Shown: positions 30,051 through 42,043, counted from the stretch's first letter. The stretch: 64,000 nucleotides of DNA from Betaproteobacteria bacterium (GCA_046094505.1 JBJTHN010000028.1:48379-112378); one strand, 5' to 3'. Notes: generated by a model from the letters alone, not told the origin. Translations and numbers: made by a program.

Positions 30051-31004
30051 TCGTTTGGCCCTGGGATGCGCCGCGTCGTACACCTTGGCCAGGTGTTGGA
30101 AGTCGAGCTTGGTGTAAACCTGTGTGGTGCTGATGTGGGCATGGCCCAGCAACTCTTGCACCGCGCGAAGGTCACCACTGGATTGCAGCAGGTGGCTGGC
30201 AAAGCTGTGGCGCAGCATGTGCGGGTGCACCGAGGTGGGCAGCCCCGCCTTCAAGGCTGCTTGGCGCAATCGGGTTCGCACCTGGCTGCCGCTCAGGCGC
30301 TGCCCCTGTCGGTTCAGAAACAAAGCCGCATCCCCAGCGGGCACCGTGCTGCCACGGTGCGCAAGCCACGCGAGCACCGCCTGCAGGGCTGCCTGTCCCA
30401 TGGGCACCGCGCGGCGCTTGCTGCCTTTGCCGGTCACGTGTGCGGTGGCGTCCTGCAGGTCCAGCCAGCCCGCAGCCTGATCACCGGCCTGCACGTCCAA
30501 ACCCACCAACTCACCAACACGCAGGCCACAGCCATACAACAACTCCACGATGGCATGGTCGCGCGCAGCCAAAGCCGCTTCCATCGGGGCTGTGGCGCGG
30601 TCTGCACGCGCCGGTGGGCGGTACTCGGCCAGTGCCACCGCCTGCTCCACCGACAAGGCCTTGGGCAGCGGGCGGGGCGCCTTGGGTGCCTTCACACCAT
30701 CGGCCGGGTTGGCCTGCACACCGCCCTCGCGGCCCCACCACCGGAAAAAGCCACGCCACGCCGACAAGATGATGGCCACCGACCGCGGCGCCAGCCCCGA
30801 CTGGTGCAAACGCGCCAGCCAACCGCGCACATGATGGGGCTGCACGGCCTGCAAGGCCAGGCCGGCTTCCGCACAACGCGCCTCCAGCCGGCCCAAGCCG
30901 TCACTGATCATCACCACGCTGCGCGGGGCCAGGCGCCGCGCCACGGTCACATGCTCCAGGTACCGCAGCACCGCGGCGTCGCGCGGGGCTGCGGCAGGGC
31001 TCAT
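30042..31004 (-). CDS. xerC: tyrosine recombinase XerC (chromosome dimer resolution)
   Basis: It has an N-terminal SAM-like core-binding domain. The catalytic region carries ELLYGCGLRVGELVGLD, HMLRHSFASHLL, LLGHAHISTTQVYT (R..HxxR..Y). It sits in the conserved dapF-DUF484-xerC operon. Confidence 0.9.
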   Translation of the reverse strand: MSPAAAPRDAAVLRYLEHVTVARRLAPRSVVMISDGLGRLEARCAEAGLALQAVQPHHVRGWLARLHQSGLAPRSVAIILSAWRGFFRWWGREGGVQANPADGVKAPKAPRPLPKALSVEQAVALAEYRPPARADRATAPMEAALAARDHAIVELLYGCGLRVGELVGLDVQAGDQAAGWLDLQDATAHVTGKGSKRRAVPMGQAALQAVLAWLAHRGSTVPAGDAALFLNRQGQRLSGSQVRTRLRQAALKAGLPTSVHPHMLRHSFASHLLQSSGDLRAVQELLGHAHISTTQVYTKLDFQHLAKVYDAAHPRAKRKE

Positions 31005-31708
31005 GCGGCCGGTGCGCTCAACATCCTGGACATCGCGGCGCTGGCCAGTTCGCCCATGCGCATGAGGAAGTCGGTGCCCATATCAGCCGCATAGCGGGTG
31101 GGGTCGGGCGAGCCCAAGACCAGCAAGCCAAAACAGCCGTCACCCGGTCCGTGGCGCAGGGGAATCATGGCCATGGAGGCCACGGTGTGGGCATCCTCCA
31201 ACCACTTCACCACCTCGCCACCGGCGTTCAAGCCGCAAAACGGCAGGCTCAGCGACTGAGCCATCGCACGCACTTCCTCTGAAACGCCCTGGGCTTGCGG
31301 CAGCTCCGCATAGGCCGCCACCACGCCCCACAGCCGCACGGCGGCTTGCGGCACCAGAAACTGCTGCTTGACTTGGCTGACCAGCACGTCGGGCAGATCC
31401 CGGGGATCAGGGGTAAGCATGAGGCTGCGTGTCCAGCGGTGCAGGCGGTCGGCAATGGCCACGTTTTCCTGACCGGCACGGATCATTTCGATGATCTTAT
31501 GCTCCAGGCCCTTGATGCGCTCACGCAGCATCTCCATCTGGCGCTCCTGCAGCGACACCGCGCGGGTTCCATGGGGGCTGGCCAAGCGGATGGTGGCCAA
31601 CAGCTCAGCCTGGCGCTCGAAGAAGCCCGGCGTGTGCGCCAGGTAGTTGGCAATGTCGGCTTCGGTGATGCCCTGCACGCCCAGGTCGCCTGCGTTGTCG
31701 TGGTTCAC
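31001..31708 (-). CDS. DUF484 family protein (GAF-like)
   Basis: [26 protein letters not shown] is the characteristic DUF484 N-terminus. It overlaps both neighbours by 4 nt. Confidence 0.85.
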   Translation of the reverse strand: MNHDNAGDLGVQGITEADIANYLAHTPGFFERQAELLATIRLASPHGTRAVSLQERQMEMLRERIKGLEHKIIEMIRAGQENVAIADRLHRWTRSLMLTPDPRDLPDVLVSQVKQQFLVPQAAVRLWGVVAAYAELPQAQGVSEEVRAMAQSLSLPFCGLNAGGEVVKWLEDAHTVASMAMIPLRHGPGDGCFGLLVLGSPDPTRYAADMGTDFLMRMGELASAAMSRMLSAPAA

Positions 31709-32586
31709 AGTGAAATCTCTCCTTCAAAAACCGTCTCGGCCGGGCCCGTCATCATCACGTGGGCGCCCAGGCCCTGGGCCTCATACGGCCACTCGATGGT
31801 CAAGACGCCACCTCGCGTGTGCACGTCGACCCGGGGGCCTAACCAGCCCAGGCGTATACCCGCCACCACGGCGGCGCATGCGCCCGTGCCGCAAGCCAAA
31901 GTCTCTCCAGCGTCGCGCTCGTACACACGAAGCTTCACCTCGCGAGGCGACACGACCTGCACAAAGCCTGCATTCACCCGCCGCGCGAAGCGCGTATGCG
32001 ACTCCACCAGCGGGCCCAGGGCTGCCACGTCAAAGTGATCAACATTGTCCACACGGTGCACGGCATGGGGGTTGCCCATCGACAGCACCGCCACCTCCAG
32101 CGCCAGGGGGCGGCCCTGCGGCCCCTGCAGCTCCAGCGGCCACAACTCAAATGAGCCCACGGCGCGCGCAAGCAAGTCGCTCGAATCGAAAGGCAGGGCC
32201 TCATGCGAAAAGACCGGTGCGTCCATGTCCACCGTGACGCGGCCATCGCCCTGCAAGCGCAACTCCAGGCGGTTGTTCAAGGTCTGCACCCGCACCACGT
32301 CGCGGTCAATCAGGCCATGCTCACGCACGTAGCGCACAAAGCAGCGCGCGCCGTTGCCGCAATGCTCCACCTCTTCCCCGCTGGCCCCATTGAAGATGCG
32401 GTAGCGAAAGTCCACATCGGGCGCCGTTGCGGGCTCCACCACCAGAATCTGGTCGGCCCCCACGCCGAACCGGCGATCGCCCAGGCGCTGCAGCAACGCG
32501 CGATCCAAGGGCAAGGCGCAACGGGTGGCATCCAGCACCACAAAGTCGTTGCCGGCACCCTGCATTTTGGTGAAGCGCAGTTTCAT
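31705..32586 (-). CDS. dapF: diaminopimelate epimerase
   Basis: [19 protein letters not shown]. Both catalytic Cys contexts are present ([12 protein letters not shown] and [11 protein letters not shown]). Confidence 0.95.
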   Translation of the reverse strand: MKLRFTKMQGAGNDFVVLDATRCALPLDRALLQRLGDRRFGVGADQILVVEPATAPDVDFRYRIFNGASGEEVEHCGNGARCFVRYVREHGLIDRDVVRVQTLNNRLELRLQGDGRVTVDMDAPVFSHEALPFDSSDLLARAVGSFELWPLELQGPQGRPLALEVAVLSMGNPHAVHRVDNVDHFDVAALGPLVESHTRFARRVNAGFVQVVSPREVKLRVYERDAGETLACGTGACAAVVAGIRLGWLGPRVDVHTRGGVLTIEWPYEAQGLGAHVMMTGPAETVFEGEISL

Positions 32587-32607
32587 GGCTGGGATTATCC
32601 GGCTCGA

Positions 32608-33537
32608 TCAGCCATAGAACGGCGCTTGCCCTTCTGGCCGCGTCTTGAAGCGCTTGTGCACCCACAGGTACTGGGCTGGGTGGGCCAGCACCTGCTCCTC
32701 GATCCAGGCGTTGAGCCTGCGCGTGGCCACCACATCGTCGTCGCTTGCCGGCCAGTCCCGCCAAGGCGGCAGGAACTTCACCACGTAGCCTCGGCCATCG
32801 GGCCGCATCAGGGCCAGCACGGGCTGTACCGTCATGTCCAAGGACCGGGCCATGCGGGCCGGCGCCAAGAGAGTCGCGGCTTGGATGCCGAAGAACTCCA
32901 CAAAGGCCGCATCCTTCAGCCCGAAGTCCATGTCCGGCAGGTTCAGGAACGCCGCACCCTGGCGCAGGTCGCGCAATAGCTTGAGCGCGTTGTCGTGGCG
33001 CGTGTGCACCGTTGCATGGCCAAAGCGAATCCGGCCCTGGCGCATGGCCTCGTCGAAGACCGGATTGCTCTGGCGCTGGTAGAAGGCCGTCACCGGGCGG
33101 CTCTGAAACAACTGCGTGGCCACACCGGCCACTTCCAATGCCAGGAAATGCGGCACCACCCACATGAAGCGCGCCGTGCTTTGCTCAGCCAGGGCCACAT
33201 CGCCCTGTACGTCGATCAGCCGCCGCAGCCGCGCAGGCGACGCCCACCACAGCACCCCCCGCTCCAAGAGGCTTCGGCCCAGGTACTCAAAGTGTTCACG
33301 AACCAGGGCCTGCTGCGCGGCCGCTCCCATGGCAGGCAAGCAGCGCTGCACATTGCGCAAGGCCACACGGCGGCGTGAACGCGCCAGTGCGTGCAAGAGC
33401 CGGCCCAGGCCACGGCCCAGCACAGCCAAGATCGGCAGGGGCAGGAGGTGCAAGATCCACAGCAAGGCCAAAGCTGCGCGGGCACCCATTCGCCCAAGCC
33501 ACGGCCCCATCCCACGGCGCTCGTCGCGGCCACTCAT
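32608..33537 (-). CDS. lipid A biosynthesis (Kdo2-lipid IVA) late acyltransferase, LpxL/HtrB family
   Basis: The body has HF(L)ALE(VAG), DMDFG and YLWVHKRFK typical of LpxL/LpxM. The start is uncertain (33537 ATGA-coupled, 33510 or 33489). The upstream 175 codons of the track ORF are non-coding overlap. Confidence 0.8.
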   Translation of the reverse strand: MSGRDERRGMGPWLGRMGARAALALLWILHLLPLPILAVLGRGLGRLLHALARSRRRVALRNVQRCLPAMGAAAQQALVREHFEYLGRSLLERGVLWWASPARLRRLIDVQGDVALAEQSTARFMWVVPHFLALEVAGVATQLFQSRPVTAFYQRQSNPVFDEAMRQGRIRFGHATVHTRHDNALKLLRDLRQGAAFLNLPDMDFGLKDAAFVEFFGIQAATLLAPARMARSLDMTVQPVLALMRPDGRGYVVKFLPPWRDWPASDDDVVATRRLNAWIEEQVLAHPAQYLWVHKRFKTRPEGQAPFYG

Positions 33538-34400
33538 GCCATGCCACCCGGCGCCGGCAAGGGGGCCGTACGCGGTTGTTTGTATCGGTGGTAGCCCCAC
33601 AGGTATTGCTCCGGCGCGCGGCGGATCAGGGCCTCCATGTACCGGTTGATCGAGGCTGGGCTGTAGTCGCCCACCTCCGGCAGCAAGGCTTGCGGCTGCA
33701 GCACCTCCACCACCCACCCCGCCCCACGCGGCTGGCGCCGGGCCCACATCAGCAGCACGGGTGCCCCGGTCTGTTCCTGCAGGCGCGAGGCCAGCGTCAT
33801 GGTGTAGGCCGGTTGGCCGAAGAACGGCGCCCACACCCCCATGCCGTCGGGCGGCACCTGATCGGGCAGCAAACCCACGGTTTCGCCGCGCCGCAGGGCC
33901 CGGATCATCTGCCGCACACCGGCCAGGGTGGCCGGCGCGGTCAACAGGCCTGGGCGCTGCCGGTTGGCCTCTTCCACCGCCCTCAACCAGGCCTGGCGCG
34001 CCGGGCGGTACAGGGCGGTCATGGGCGTTTGCAGCCCGAAGCACTGGGCATAGGCTTGGGCACACACTTCAAAGCTGCCCAAATGAGGCGTCAACAGAAT
34101 CAGGCCGCGGCCTTCAGCCAGTGCATCTTGCACAGCCGCTTGGCCTTGCCAGCGCACCCAGTCCTGCACCCGGCGGCCCGGTGGCGTCAGCCACAGCCAC
34201 GGCAGTTCGGCCACCATGCGCCCGGCCTGGGCCACCGAGGCCCTGCGCGGGCCCGGGCCCAAACCGGCCAATGCCGTGTTGGCCTGCAGGCGCGCCCGGT
34301 ACGCCGCCGACCCCGCATAGGTCAGCCACCCCAACACCGAGCCTACGCCGTGCAATAGCCACAAGGGCCAACGGGCAAGCCAGTGCAACAAGGTCGTCAT
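33534..34400 (-). CDS. second lipid A late acyltransferase paralogue (LpxL/LpxM family)
   Basis: LLTPHLGSFE (HxxxxE-type acyltransferase motif), PDQVP and YLWGYHRYK. It is tandem with the previous gene. Confidence 0.8.
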   Translation of the reverse strand: MTTLLHWLARWPLWLLHGVGSVLGWLTYAGSAAYRARLQANTALAGLGPGPRRASVAQAGRMVAELPWLWLTPPGRRVQDWVRWQGQAAVQDALAEGRGLILLTPHLGSFEVCAQAYAQCFGLQTPMTALYRPARQAWLRAVEEANRQRPGLLTAPATLAGVRQMIRALRRGETVGLLPDQVPPDGMGVWAPFFGQPAYTMTLASRLQEQTGAPVLLMWARRQPRGAGWVVEVLQPQALLPEVGDYSPASINRYMEALIRRAPEQYLWGYHRYKQPRTAPLPAPGGMA

Positions 34401-34406
34401 GGTTCC

Positions 34407-34412
34407 TATAAT
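34407..34412 (+). promoter_or_regulatory. candidate -10 box (TATAAT) for metK
   Basis: A perfect TATAAT lies 123 bp upstream of the metK GTG. The -35 is only weak (best 3/6), so this is tentative. Confidence 0.3.
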
Positions 34413-34534
34413 GAGCGGATCGCCGAGTTATTGAACTACTTGCGGGGCGATTCACAAATCCTGCTAAAGCGTTCGCCGCTCGCTTCCACTGCTCGGCAAC
34501 GCGTCCGACAACCCCACACAAGGAGTGTAAGCAA

Positions 34535-35713
34535 GTGGCCAACGACTATCTGTTCACCTCGGAATCGGTCTCTGAGGGTCACCCCGACAAGGTGGCTGAC
34601 CAAGTCTCCGACGCCATCCTCGACGCCATCTTCGCGCAGGACCCCCGTTCCCGTGTGGCCGCCGAAACCCTGTGCAACACGGGTCTGGTGGTGCTGGCCG
34701 GTGAGATCACCACCAATGCGCACGTCGACTACATCCAGGTGGCGCGCGACACGATCAAGCGCATCGGCTACGACAACACCGAGTACGGCATCGACTACAA
34801 GGGCTGCGCGGTGATGGTCTGCTACGACAAGCAGAGCAACGACATTGCCCAGGGTGTGGACCATGCGTCCGACGACTACCTCAACATCGGCGCCGGTGAC
34901 CAAGGCCTGATGTTCGGTTATGCCTGCAACGAAACGCCCGAGTTGATGCCCGCGCCGATCTACTACGCACACCGCTTGGTTGAGCGGCAAGCGCAGCTGC
35001 GCAAAGATGGCCGCCTGCCCTTCCTGCGCCCCGACGCCAAGAGCCAGGTGACCATGCGCTATGTAGACGGCAAGCCCCACAGCATCGACACCGTGGTGCT
35101 GTCCAGCCAGCATGCGCCGGAAATGAGCGACGGTACCAAGATGAAGCCTGCCTTCATTGAGGCGGTGATCGAAGAGATCATCAAGCCCGTGCTGCCCAAG
35201 GAGTGGCTGCAGGACACGAAGTACCTGATCAACCCCACCGGCCGCTTCGTCATCGGCGGCCCTCAGGGCGACTGTGGCCTGACCGGCCGCAAGATCATCG
35301 TGGACACCTATGGCGGCGCCTGCCCGCACGGTGGTGGCGCTTTCTCGGGCAAAGACCCGTCCAAGGTCGACCGCTCGGCCGCCTATGCTGCCCGCTACGT
35401 GGCCAAGAACGTGGTGGCCGCCGGCCTGGCCAAGCAGTGCCAGGTGCAGGTGGCCTACGCCATCGGCGTGGCCCGTCCCATGAACGTGACGGTCTACACC
35501 GAAGGTACGGGCGTCATCTCCGACGAGAAGATCGCCGCCCTGGTCAACGAGCACTTCGACCTGCGCCCCAAGGGCATCACCCAGATGCTGGACCTGCTGC
35601 GTCCGATCTACTCCAAGACCGCGGCCTATGGGCACTTCGGGCGTGAAGAGCCCGAGTTCACCTGGGAGCGCACCGACAAGGCGCAAGCACTGCGCGCAGC
35701 AGCCGGCCTGTGA
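34535..35713 (+). CDS. metK: S-adenosylmethionine synthetase
   Basis: GTG start, with AAGGAG 9 nt upstream. [62 protein letters not shown]. Confidence 0.97.
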   Translation: MANDYLFTSESVSEGHPDKVADQVSDAILDAIFAQDPRSRVAAETLCNTGLVVLAGEITTNAHVDYIQVARDTIKRIGYDNTEYGIDYKGCAVMVCYDKQSNDIAQGVDHASDDYLNIGAGDQGLMFGYACNETPELMPAPIYYAHRLVERQAQLRKDGRLPFLRPDAKSQVTMRYVDGKPHSIDTVVLSSQHAPEMSDGTKMKPAFIEAVIEEIIKPVLPKEWLQDTKYLINPTGRFVIGGPQGDCGLTGRKIIVDTYGGACPHGGGAFSGKDPSKVDRSAAYAARYVAKNVVAAGLAKQCQVQVAYAIGVARPMNVTVYTEGTGVISDEKIAALVNEHFDLRPKGITQMLDLLRPIYSKTAAYGHFGREEPEFTWERTDKAQALRAAAGL

Positions 35714-37314
35714 AGCGGCGCGAGGTGATGGCCGGCACCGCAGCCGCACTGGCTGCGGGCTGGCTGTCACCCGCTGCTGCCAACCCAAGCGCCCCGCCCA
35801 CCGTGCACCCGGCCCGCGCCACCTCCGCCAGCTTGGCCCGCGCCCTGCGCGAGGGCCGAACCAACGTGCGGGACATCGCCCAGGCGCATCTGGACCGCAT
35901 CGCAGCCCTGGACCGTGCCGGCCCGAGGCTCAACAGCATCATCGAGATCAACCCCGATGCCCTGCGGGAAGCACAGCGCCTGGACAGCTTGGCCCGCAAA
36001 GGCCAATGGCTCGGGCCGCTGCACGGGATTCCGGTGCTGCTCAAGGACAACATCGCCACCGGCGACCGGATGCAGACCACCGCCGGCTCACTGGCCTTGG
36101 AGGGCACGCGTGCCACCCGAGATGCCCACATCGTGGAGCAGCTGCGCCAAGCCGGTGCACTGATCCTGGCCAAAACCAACCTCAGCGAGTGGGCCAACAT
36201 CCGGTCCAACCGCTCCACCAGTGGCTGGAGCAGCCGCGGCGGCCTCACCCGCAACCCCTATGCGCTGGACCGCAACACCAGTGGCAGCAGCTCGGGCACG
36301 GCTGCGGCCGTGGCCGCAGGCTTGGGCGTATTGGGGGTGGGAACCGAAACCGATGGCTCCATCATTTCGCCGGCCACCCGCAACGGCTTGGTGGGGCTCA
36401 AGCCCACGGTGGGCCGCGTCAGCCGCGACGGCATCATCCCCATCTCCCACACGCAGGACACGGCCGGCCCCATGACCCGCACGGTGGCCGATGCGGCCGC
36501 CCTCATGGCGGCCATCAGCCGAGCAGACCCGCGTGACCCCACCACCCAAAGCGCACCCGCCGCACCCGACTATGCAGCAGCGCTCAGGCCCGACGCGCTG
36601 CAAGGCGTGCGCATTGGCGTGGCGCGCAACCAGCTCAACCCGCACCAGGGGGTGAGCACACTGTTCGAGCGCAGCCTGCAGCAACTGCAGCAACTGGGCG
36701 CGCAACTGGTCGATGTACAGGCCCCGAGGCCCGCCACCTGGAGCGCAGACGAACTCACCGTGCTGCTCGTGGAACTCAAGGCGGGCCTGGCGGCATGGAT
36801 CGCCGAGTTCGCCCCGCAAGCGCGCGTGCGCACCCTGGAAGACATCATCGCCTTCAACGAAGCCCACGCGGCCCGGGTGATGCCGCACTTCGCGCAAGAG
36901 CTCTTTTTGCAAGCGCGCGAATGGGGTGGCTTGGACAGCCCGGCCTATAAAGCCGCGCTGGAGAAGTGCCGCCGCCTGGCACGCACCGAAGGCTTGGATG
37001 CCTTGTTCCAAAAGGAAGGGATCCAGGCTCTGGTGGCCCCCAGCGGCGGTCTGGCTTCGCTGACCGACCTGGGTGCAGGCGACCACTCCACCGGTGGCTT
37101 TTCATCAGCCGCTGCGGTGGCTGGGCTGCCGCACCTCACCGTGCCCATGGGCGTGGTGGCCATACAAGGGGGTGCGGTGCTGCCGGCCGGCTTGTCTTTC
37201 GTCGGGCCGGCCTGGAGCGAGGCCCAGCTCCTGGGCTGGGGCTACGCCTTCGAGCAGGCCGGGCGGCACCGAGTGGCCCCCAGCTTCAGGCGACACAGCA
37301 GCGCCAGTGCCTGA
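35710..37314 (+). CDS. amidase-signature family amidase, probably Tat-exported
   Basis: The GTG start overlaps the metK stop (GTGA) and gives [24 protein letters not shown], a twin-Arg-like signal. The AS motif is [15 protein letters not shown] in the context [12 protein letters not shown]. Confidence 0.82.
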   Translation: MKRREVMAGTAAALAAGWLSPAAANPSAPPTVHPARATSASLARALREGRTNVRDIAQAHLDRIAALDRAGPRLNSIIEINPDALREAQRLDSLARKGQWLGPLHGIPVLLKDNIATGDRMQTTAGSLALEGTRATRDAHIVEQLRQAGALILAKTNLSEWANIRSNRSTSGWSSRGGLTRNPYALDRNTSGSSSGTAAAVAAGLGVLGVGTETDGSIISPATRNGLVGLKPTVGRVSRDGIIPISHTQDTAGPMTRTVADAAALMAAISRADPRDPTTQSAPAAPDYAAALRPDALQGVRIGVARNQLNPHQGVSTLFERSLQQLQQLGAQLVDVQAPRPATWSADELTVLLVELKAGLAAWIAEFAPQARVRTLEDIIAFNEAHAARVMPHFAQELFLQAREWGGLDSPAYKAALEKCRRLARTEGLDALFQKEGIQALVAPSGGLASLTDLGAGDHSTGGFSSAAAVAGLPHLTVPMGVVAIQGGAVLPAGLSFVGPAWSEAQLLGWGYAFEQAGRHRVAPSFRRHSSASA

Positions 37315-37342
37315 TTCGGCCAGCCTTCATCGGCTCTGATCT

Positions 37343-38569
37343 TCAGGCCAAGGCCCGCTGCCGGCTGGCCAAAAGCGAACCCAAGGCCAAGATGGCCGCG
37401 CTCACCACGAAGCCCCGCTGCAGGCCCCCCGAGCCATCGGCCACCAAGCCCACCAGCACCGGTCCCACGATCTGGCCCGCTGCAAAGGTGATCGTGAACG
37501 CGGCAATGCCCGAGGGCCAAGCGGCCTTGGCGCAGTTGTGGCGCACCAAGGCGGTGGTGGAGGCGACCACCGACAGGAACACGCTGCCAAACAGTGCACC
37601 CGAGGTGAACACCGCCACCGGGTGCGTGGACACCACCGGTAACACCGTGGCCAGGGCCAACAGCGCATTGAGCGTGGCCATGGGCCGCCCACCCTTGTGT
37701 TTCTGCAGCAGCGCAGCCCACAGCCAAGAGGAGGCCACCACGCCCATCCCGAGCACCACATAGAAGGCGGTGACCACGGAGACGCTCAATCCCTGCTCAC
37801 GCAGCAGGGTGATGACGAAGGTCATGTAGCCGATGTAGCCCAGGCCAAAGCACAGATAGCCCAACAGGCCGTAGAGCAGGCCTGACAACGGGGCTGGCTC
37901 ACGCTGGGCAGCGGGGGTTGGCGGGCAGCTCAGGCCACGCGTCATGGCCACCATGCCCAGGTGCGCGATCACGGCCAGGGCTGACAGGCAGATCCACGCG
38001 CGCTGCCAGTCGGCCGGCGCTTGCGGGGCAAACGCAAACCAGGCCTGCCAGCCCGCGCCCGCTTCAGGCGACATCACCCAGGGTACTGCCAGAGCACAGG
38101 CCGCGATGCCCAAACCGGTGCCACCGTAATAGATGCCCAGAATCAGGCCCAGCCGTTGGGCACCCCCCGGCTGCTGCGCCAGGGATGCGGCCACGAGCCC
38201 ACCCCCCGCGAAACTGGCCGCGCTGGCCACGCCGCTGGCAAAGCGCAACACAAACAAGGCCTCTTCCGAACGCACCAAGCCGTGCAAGAACAGGGTCACG
38301 CAAGCACCGATACCGCCGGCCACCACCACAGACTTGCCGTCAAAACGCGCCTGCCACCGCGGCAGCAGCAGCGCTCCGGCCAGGTAGCCCGCCGCATTCA
38401 CCGTGTTCAAGGCGCCCGCGGTGGCGTAGCTCCAATCCAAGTCGGCACGCATGGCCGGCAGCAGCAAGGCATAGGCAAAACGCGCCAAGCCCAGGGAGAT
38501 CGCAGCGGCCAGTGCCAGGCCCATGGCCGTATACAACAGCCTGGCACCCTCCTTGGATTCCAACTTCAT
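37343..38569 (-). CDS. YbfB/YjiJ-family MFS transporter
   Basis: Start set to MKLESKEGARLLYTAMGLALAAAISLGLARFAYALLLPAMRADL, a hallmark of this family. It has ~12 TM segments. The track ORF extension of 120 codons overlaps the riboswitch region and is rejected. Confidence 0.75.
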   Translation of the reverse strand: MKLESKEGARLLYTAMGLALAAAISLGLARFAYALLLPAMRADLDWSYATAGALNTVNAAGYLAGALLLPRWQARFDGKSVVVAGGIGACVTLFLHGLVRSEEALFVLRFASGVASAASFAGGGLVAASLAQQPGGAQRLGLILGIYYGGTGLGIAACALAVPWVMSPEAGAGWQAWFAFAPQAPADWQRAWICLSALAVIAHLGMVAMTRGLSCPPTPAAQREPAPLSGLLYGLLGYLCFGLGYIGYMTFVITLLREQGLSVSVVTAFYVVLGMGVVASSWLWAALLQKHKGGRPMATLNALLALATVLPVVSTHPVAVFTSGALFGSVFLSVVASTTALVRHNCAKAAWPSGIAAFTITFAAGQIVGPVLVGLVADGSGGLQRGFVVSAAILALGSLLASRQRALA

Positions 38570-38711
38570 GGCCCCTCCTGACCGCCGCGCCGCACAGCCC
38601 CCAGGCGCGCAGCACCCAGGGGAACAAGCCGCCCAATCCCCCTGGCCTTCGTCAAGTGTCGCACGCAGCCCTGCACACCGAGATGGGGTCTCGGTTAAAC
38701 TAAAGCTACCT

Positions 38712-38792
38712 TCCGAGGAGCGCTGCGAGACGGACCGTTGACCCCAACGGCTGACGTCCCAGGCTCGGAACCGTGTCCAACCGCGCTCACCC
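38712..38792 (+). promoter_or_regulatory. SAH riboswitch (S-adenosylhomocysteine-sensing aptamer) in the ahcY leader
   Basis: The conserved strings TCCGAGGAGCGCTGC ... CAGGCTCGGAAC ... CAACCGCGCTCAC match my recollection of the SAH element (Rfam RF01057). P1 is CCGAG/CTCGG and the pseudoknot is GAGCGC/GCGCTC. A variable hairpin is GACG-GA-CCGTTG[ACCC]CAACGG-CTGA-CGTC. It sits 112 nt upstream of ahcY, its classical context in beta-proteobacteria. Confidence 0.85.
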
Positions 38793-38903
38793 TGCTTCGG
38801 CCCATTCTGGGGCGTGCACGGCGAGCGAATCTCCCTCGACTCCAACCGCGCGCGCCTTGCGGCACGCAGCAGGCTCCAACTTTTTTCTTCGGAGCAAAGA
38901 GTC

Positions 38904-40337
<1,434 letters not shown>

Positions 40338-40351
40338 TCGCCGCCGCGATG

Positions 40352-40378
40352 GGGCTGTGGGCTGCAAGCCCGCAGCCC
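40352..40378 (+). terminator. GC-rich stem-loop downstream of ahcY (possible attenuator or processing site; no U-tract)
   Basis: GGGCTGTGGGCT-GCA-AGCCCGCAGCCC is a 12-bp stem with one G-U pair. It starts 15 nt after the ahcY stop and ends 26 nt before tlyA. Confidence 0.35.
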
Positions 40379-40403
40379 ATGCGGTTGTGAACGCGAGTGC
40401 CGC

Positions 40404-41168
40404 ATGCGAGCCGACCTGCTGCTGCTTGAAAAGGGCCTGGCCCCCAGCCGATCGGCCGCAGCACGCCTGATCGAGCGTGGTGCGGTGCGGTGGCGCCAGG
40501 CTCTGCAACCGTGGCAAACGACCCGCAAGGCCGGAGAAGACCTGCCCGCCGGCTGTGAGCTGGAGCTCACCGATGACGCCGAACTGCGCTGGGCCTCGCG
40601 TGCAGGCCTGAAGCTCGAAGGGGCGCTCGATGCCCTGGGTCTCAGCCCCGAAGGCACCACCGCACTCGATGTGGGTCAAAGCACCGGCGGCTTCACCGAT
40701 GTGCTGCTGGCACGCGGCGCCATTCGAGTCGTGGGCGTGGATGTTGGGCACGGCCAGTTGTCGCCCCGCTTGCGCCAAGACCCGCGCGTGGCCGCCCATG
40801 AAGGCCTCAACGCGCGCGAACTCACAAAGGCCTCACTCGGCGCAGACTTGCCCCATAAAGGCTTCGACCTCATCGTGGGCGACCTGTCCTTCATCTCGCA
40901 AACCTTGGTGTGGCCTGCTCTCGTGCCGCTGTTAGCGCCGCAGGGTCACCTCCTCATGCTCGTCAAGCCCCAGTTCGAACTGCAGCCTCAACACATCGGA
41001 AAGGGTGGACTCGTCAAACCTGACGCACCGGTTGACGAAATCGAACATCGACTGCGCACCATGGCTCAATCGCTGAGCCTGCAGGTGCAAGCCTGGATCC
41101 ACAGCCCCATCACCGGCGGCGACGGCAACCGCGAACACTTCATCCTGATGCGCCATGCCAGCGCCTGA
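40404..41168 (+). CDS. tlyA: TlyA-family rRNA (cytidine-2'-O)-methyltransferase
   Basis: N-terminal S4 domain MRADLLLLEKGLAPSRSAAARLIERGAV. FtsJ-type MTase core ALDVGQSTGGFTDVLL ... DLSFIS ... KPQFE. Confidence 0.85.
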   Translation: MRADLLLLEKGLAPSRSAAARLIERGAVRWRQALQPWQTTRKAGEDLPAGCELELTDDAELRWASRAGLKLEGALDALGLSPEGTTALDVGQSTGGFTDVLLARGAIRVVGVDVGHGQLSPRLRQDPRVAAHEGLNARELTKASLGADLPHKGFDLIVGDLSFISQTLVWPALVPLLAPQGHLLMLVKPQFELQPQHIGKGGLVKPDAPVDEIEHRLRTMAQSLSLQVQAWIHSPITGGDGNREHFILMRHASA

Positions 41169-41184
41169 GCCCCACCGGAACACC

Positions 41185-42030
41185 ATGAACACCACCACCA
41201 TCGGCCTGCCCCTGAGCCTCGAGTTCTTCCCCCCAAAAACCGAGGAAGGCGCCACCAAGCTCACCGCCGTACGCCAACAGCTCTATGCGCTCAAGCCCGA
41301 GTTCTGCTCGGTCACCTATGGTGCCGGCGGCTCCACCCAGGACGGAACGCTGCAGACCGTTCAAGCCATCCTGCGTGAAGGCCAGGCCGCGGCCCCGCAC
41401 TTCAGCTGCATCGGAGCCAGCAAAGCCTCCATTCGCGACAAGCTCGCACAATTCAAGGCCGAGGGTATCCAGCGCATCGTGGCCCTGCGCGGCGACTTGC
41501 CCAGCGGCTACGGTGGCTTCGGTGAGTTTCGCTATGCCAGCGACCTGGTGGCCTTCATTCGCGAGGAAACCGGCAGCCACTTCCACATCGAAGTGGGCGC
41601 CTATCCGGAAACGCACCCTCAGGCGCGCTCGCCGCAGGATGATCTCAAGGCCTTCGTGACGAAGGTCAGGGCCGGCGCCAACTCGGCCATCACCCAGATG
41701 TTCTTCAACACCGATGCGTACTTCCGCTTCGTCGACGAAGCCTATGCCTTGGGCGTGGACATCCCGATCGTGCCGGGCATCATGCCCATCACCAACAGCA
41801 GCGGCATCATCCGCTTTGCCGACAACTGCGGCGCTGAAATCCCGCGTTGGATGCGCCTGCGGCTGCAGTCTTTCGGTGACGACACGGCCAGCATCAAGGC
41901 CTTTGGCCTGGAGGTCATCACCGACCTGTGCGACCAGTTGCGCACCGCCGGCGTGCCCGCCCTGCATTTCTACACCATGAACCAAAGCGTCACGGTCATG
42001 GAAATCTGCAAGCGCTTGGGCTCGGCATAG
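41185..42030 (+). CDS. metF: methylenetetrahydrofolate reductase
   Basis: Start set to MNTTTIGLPLSLEFFPPKTEEG. SVTYGAGGST, IVALRGD and PGIMPI follow, with FYTMN near the C-terminus. Confidence 0.93.
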   Translation: MNTTTIGLPLSLEFFPPKTEEGATKLTAVRQQLYALKPEFCSVTYGAGGSTQDGTLQTVQAILREGQAAAPHFSCIGASKASIRDKLAQFKAEGIQRIVALRGDLPSGYGGFGEFRYASDLVAFIREETGSHFHIEVGAYPETHPQARSPQDDLKAFVTKVRAGANSAITQMFFNTDAYFRFVDEAYALGVDIPIVPGIMPITNSSGIIRFADNCGAEIPRWMRLRLQSFGDDTASIKAFGLEVITDLCDQLRTAGVPALHFYTMNQSVTVMEICKRLGSA

Positions 42031-42043
42031 AGCCCAGAAGGGC

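Noticed and set aside
30042-31004. Tyrosine recombinase as a possible marker of an integrated mobile element next to the TA module.
   Set aside because: It sits in the conserved housekeeping dapF-DUF484-xerC operon with 4-nt overlaps. There is no tRNA, att-like repeat, or phage or transposon cargo nearby. It is interpreted as XerC.
34413-34534. SAM-II riboswitch in the metK leader, prompted by a TAAAGC string and a hairpin.
   Set aside because: The SAM-II pseudoknot needs the 3' AAAGC(U) to pair with a GCUU(U) in the hairpin loop. The loop here (gagttattgaactacttgcgg) has no such complement. This needs cmsearch to be definitive.
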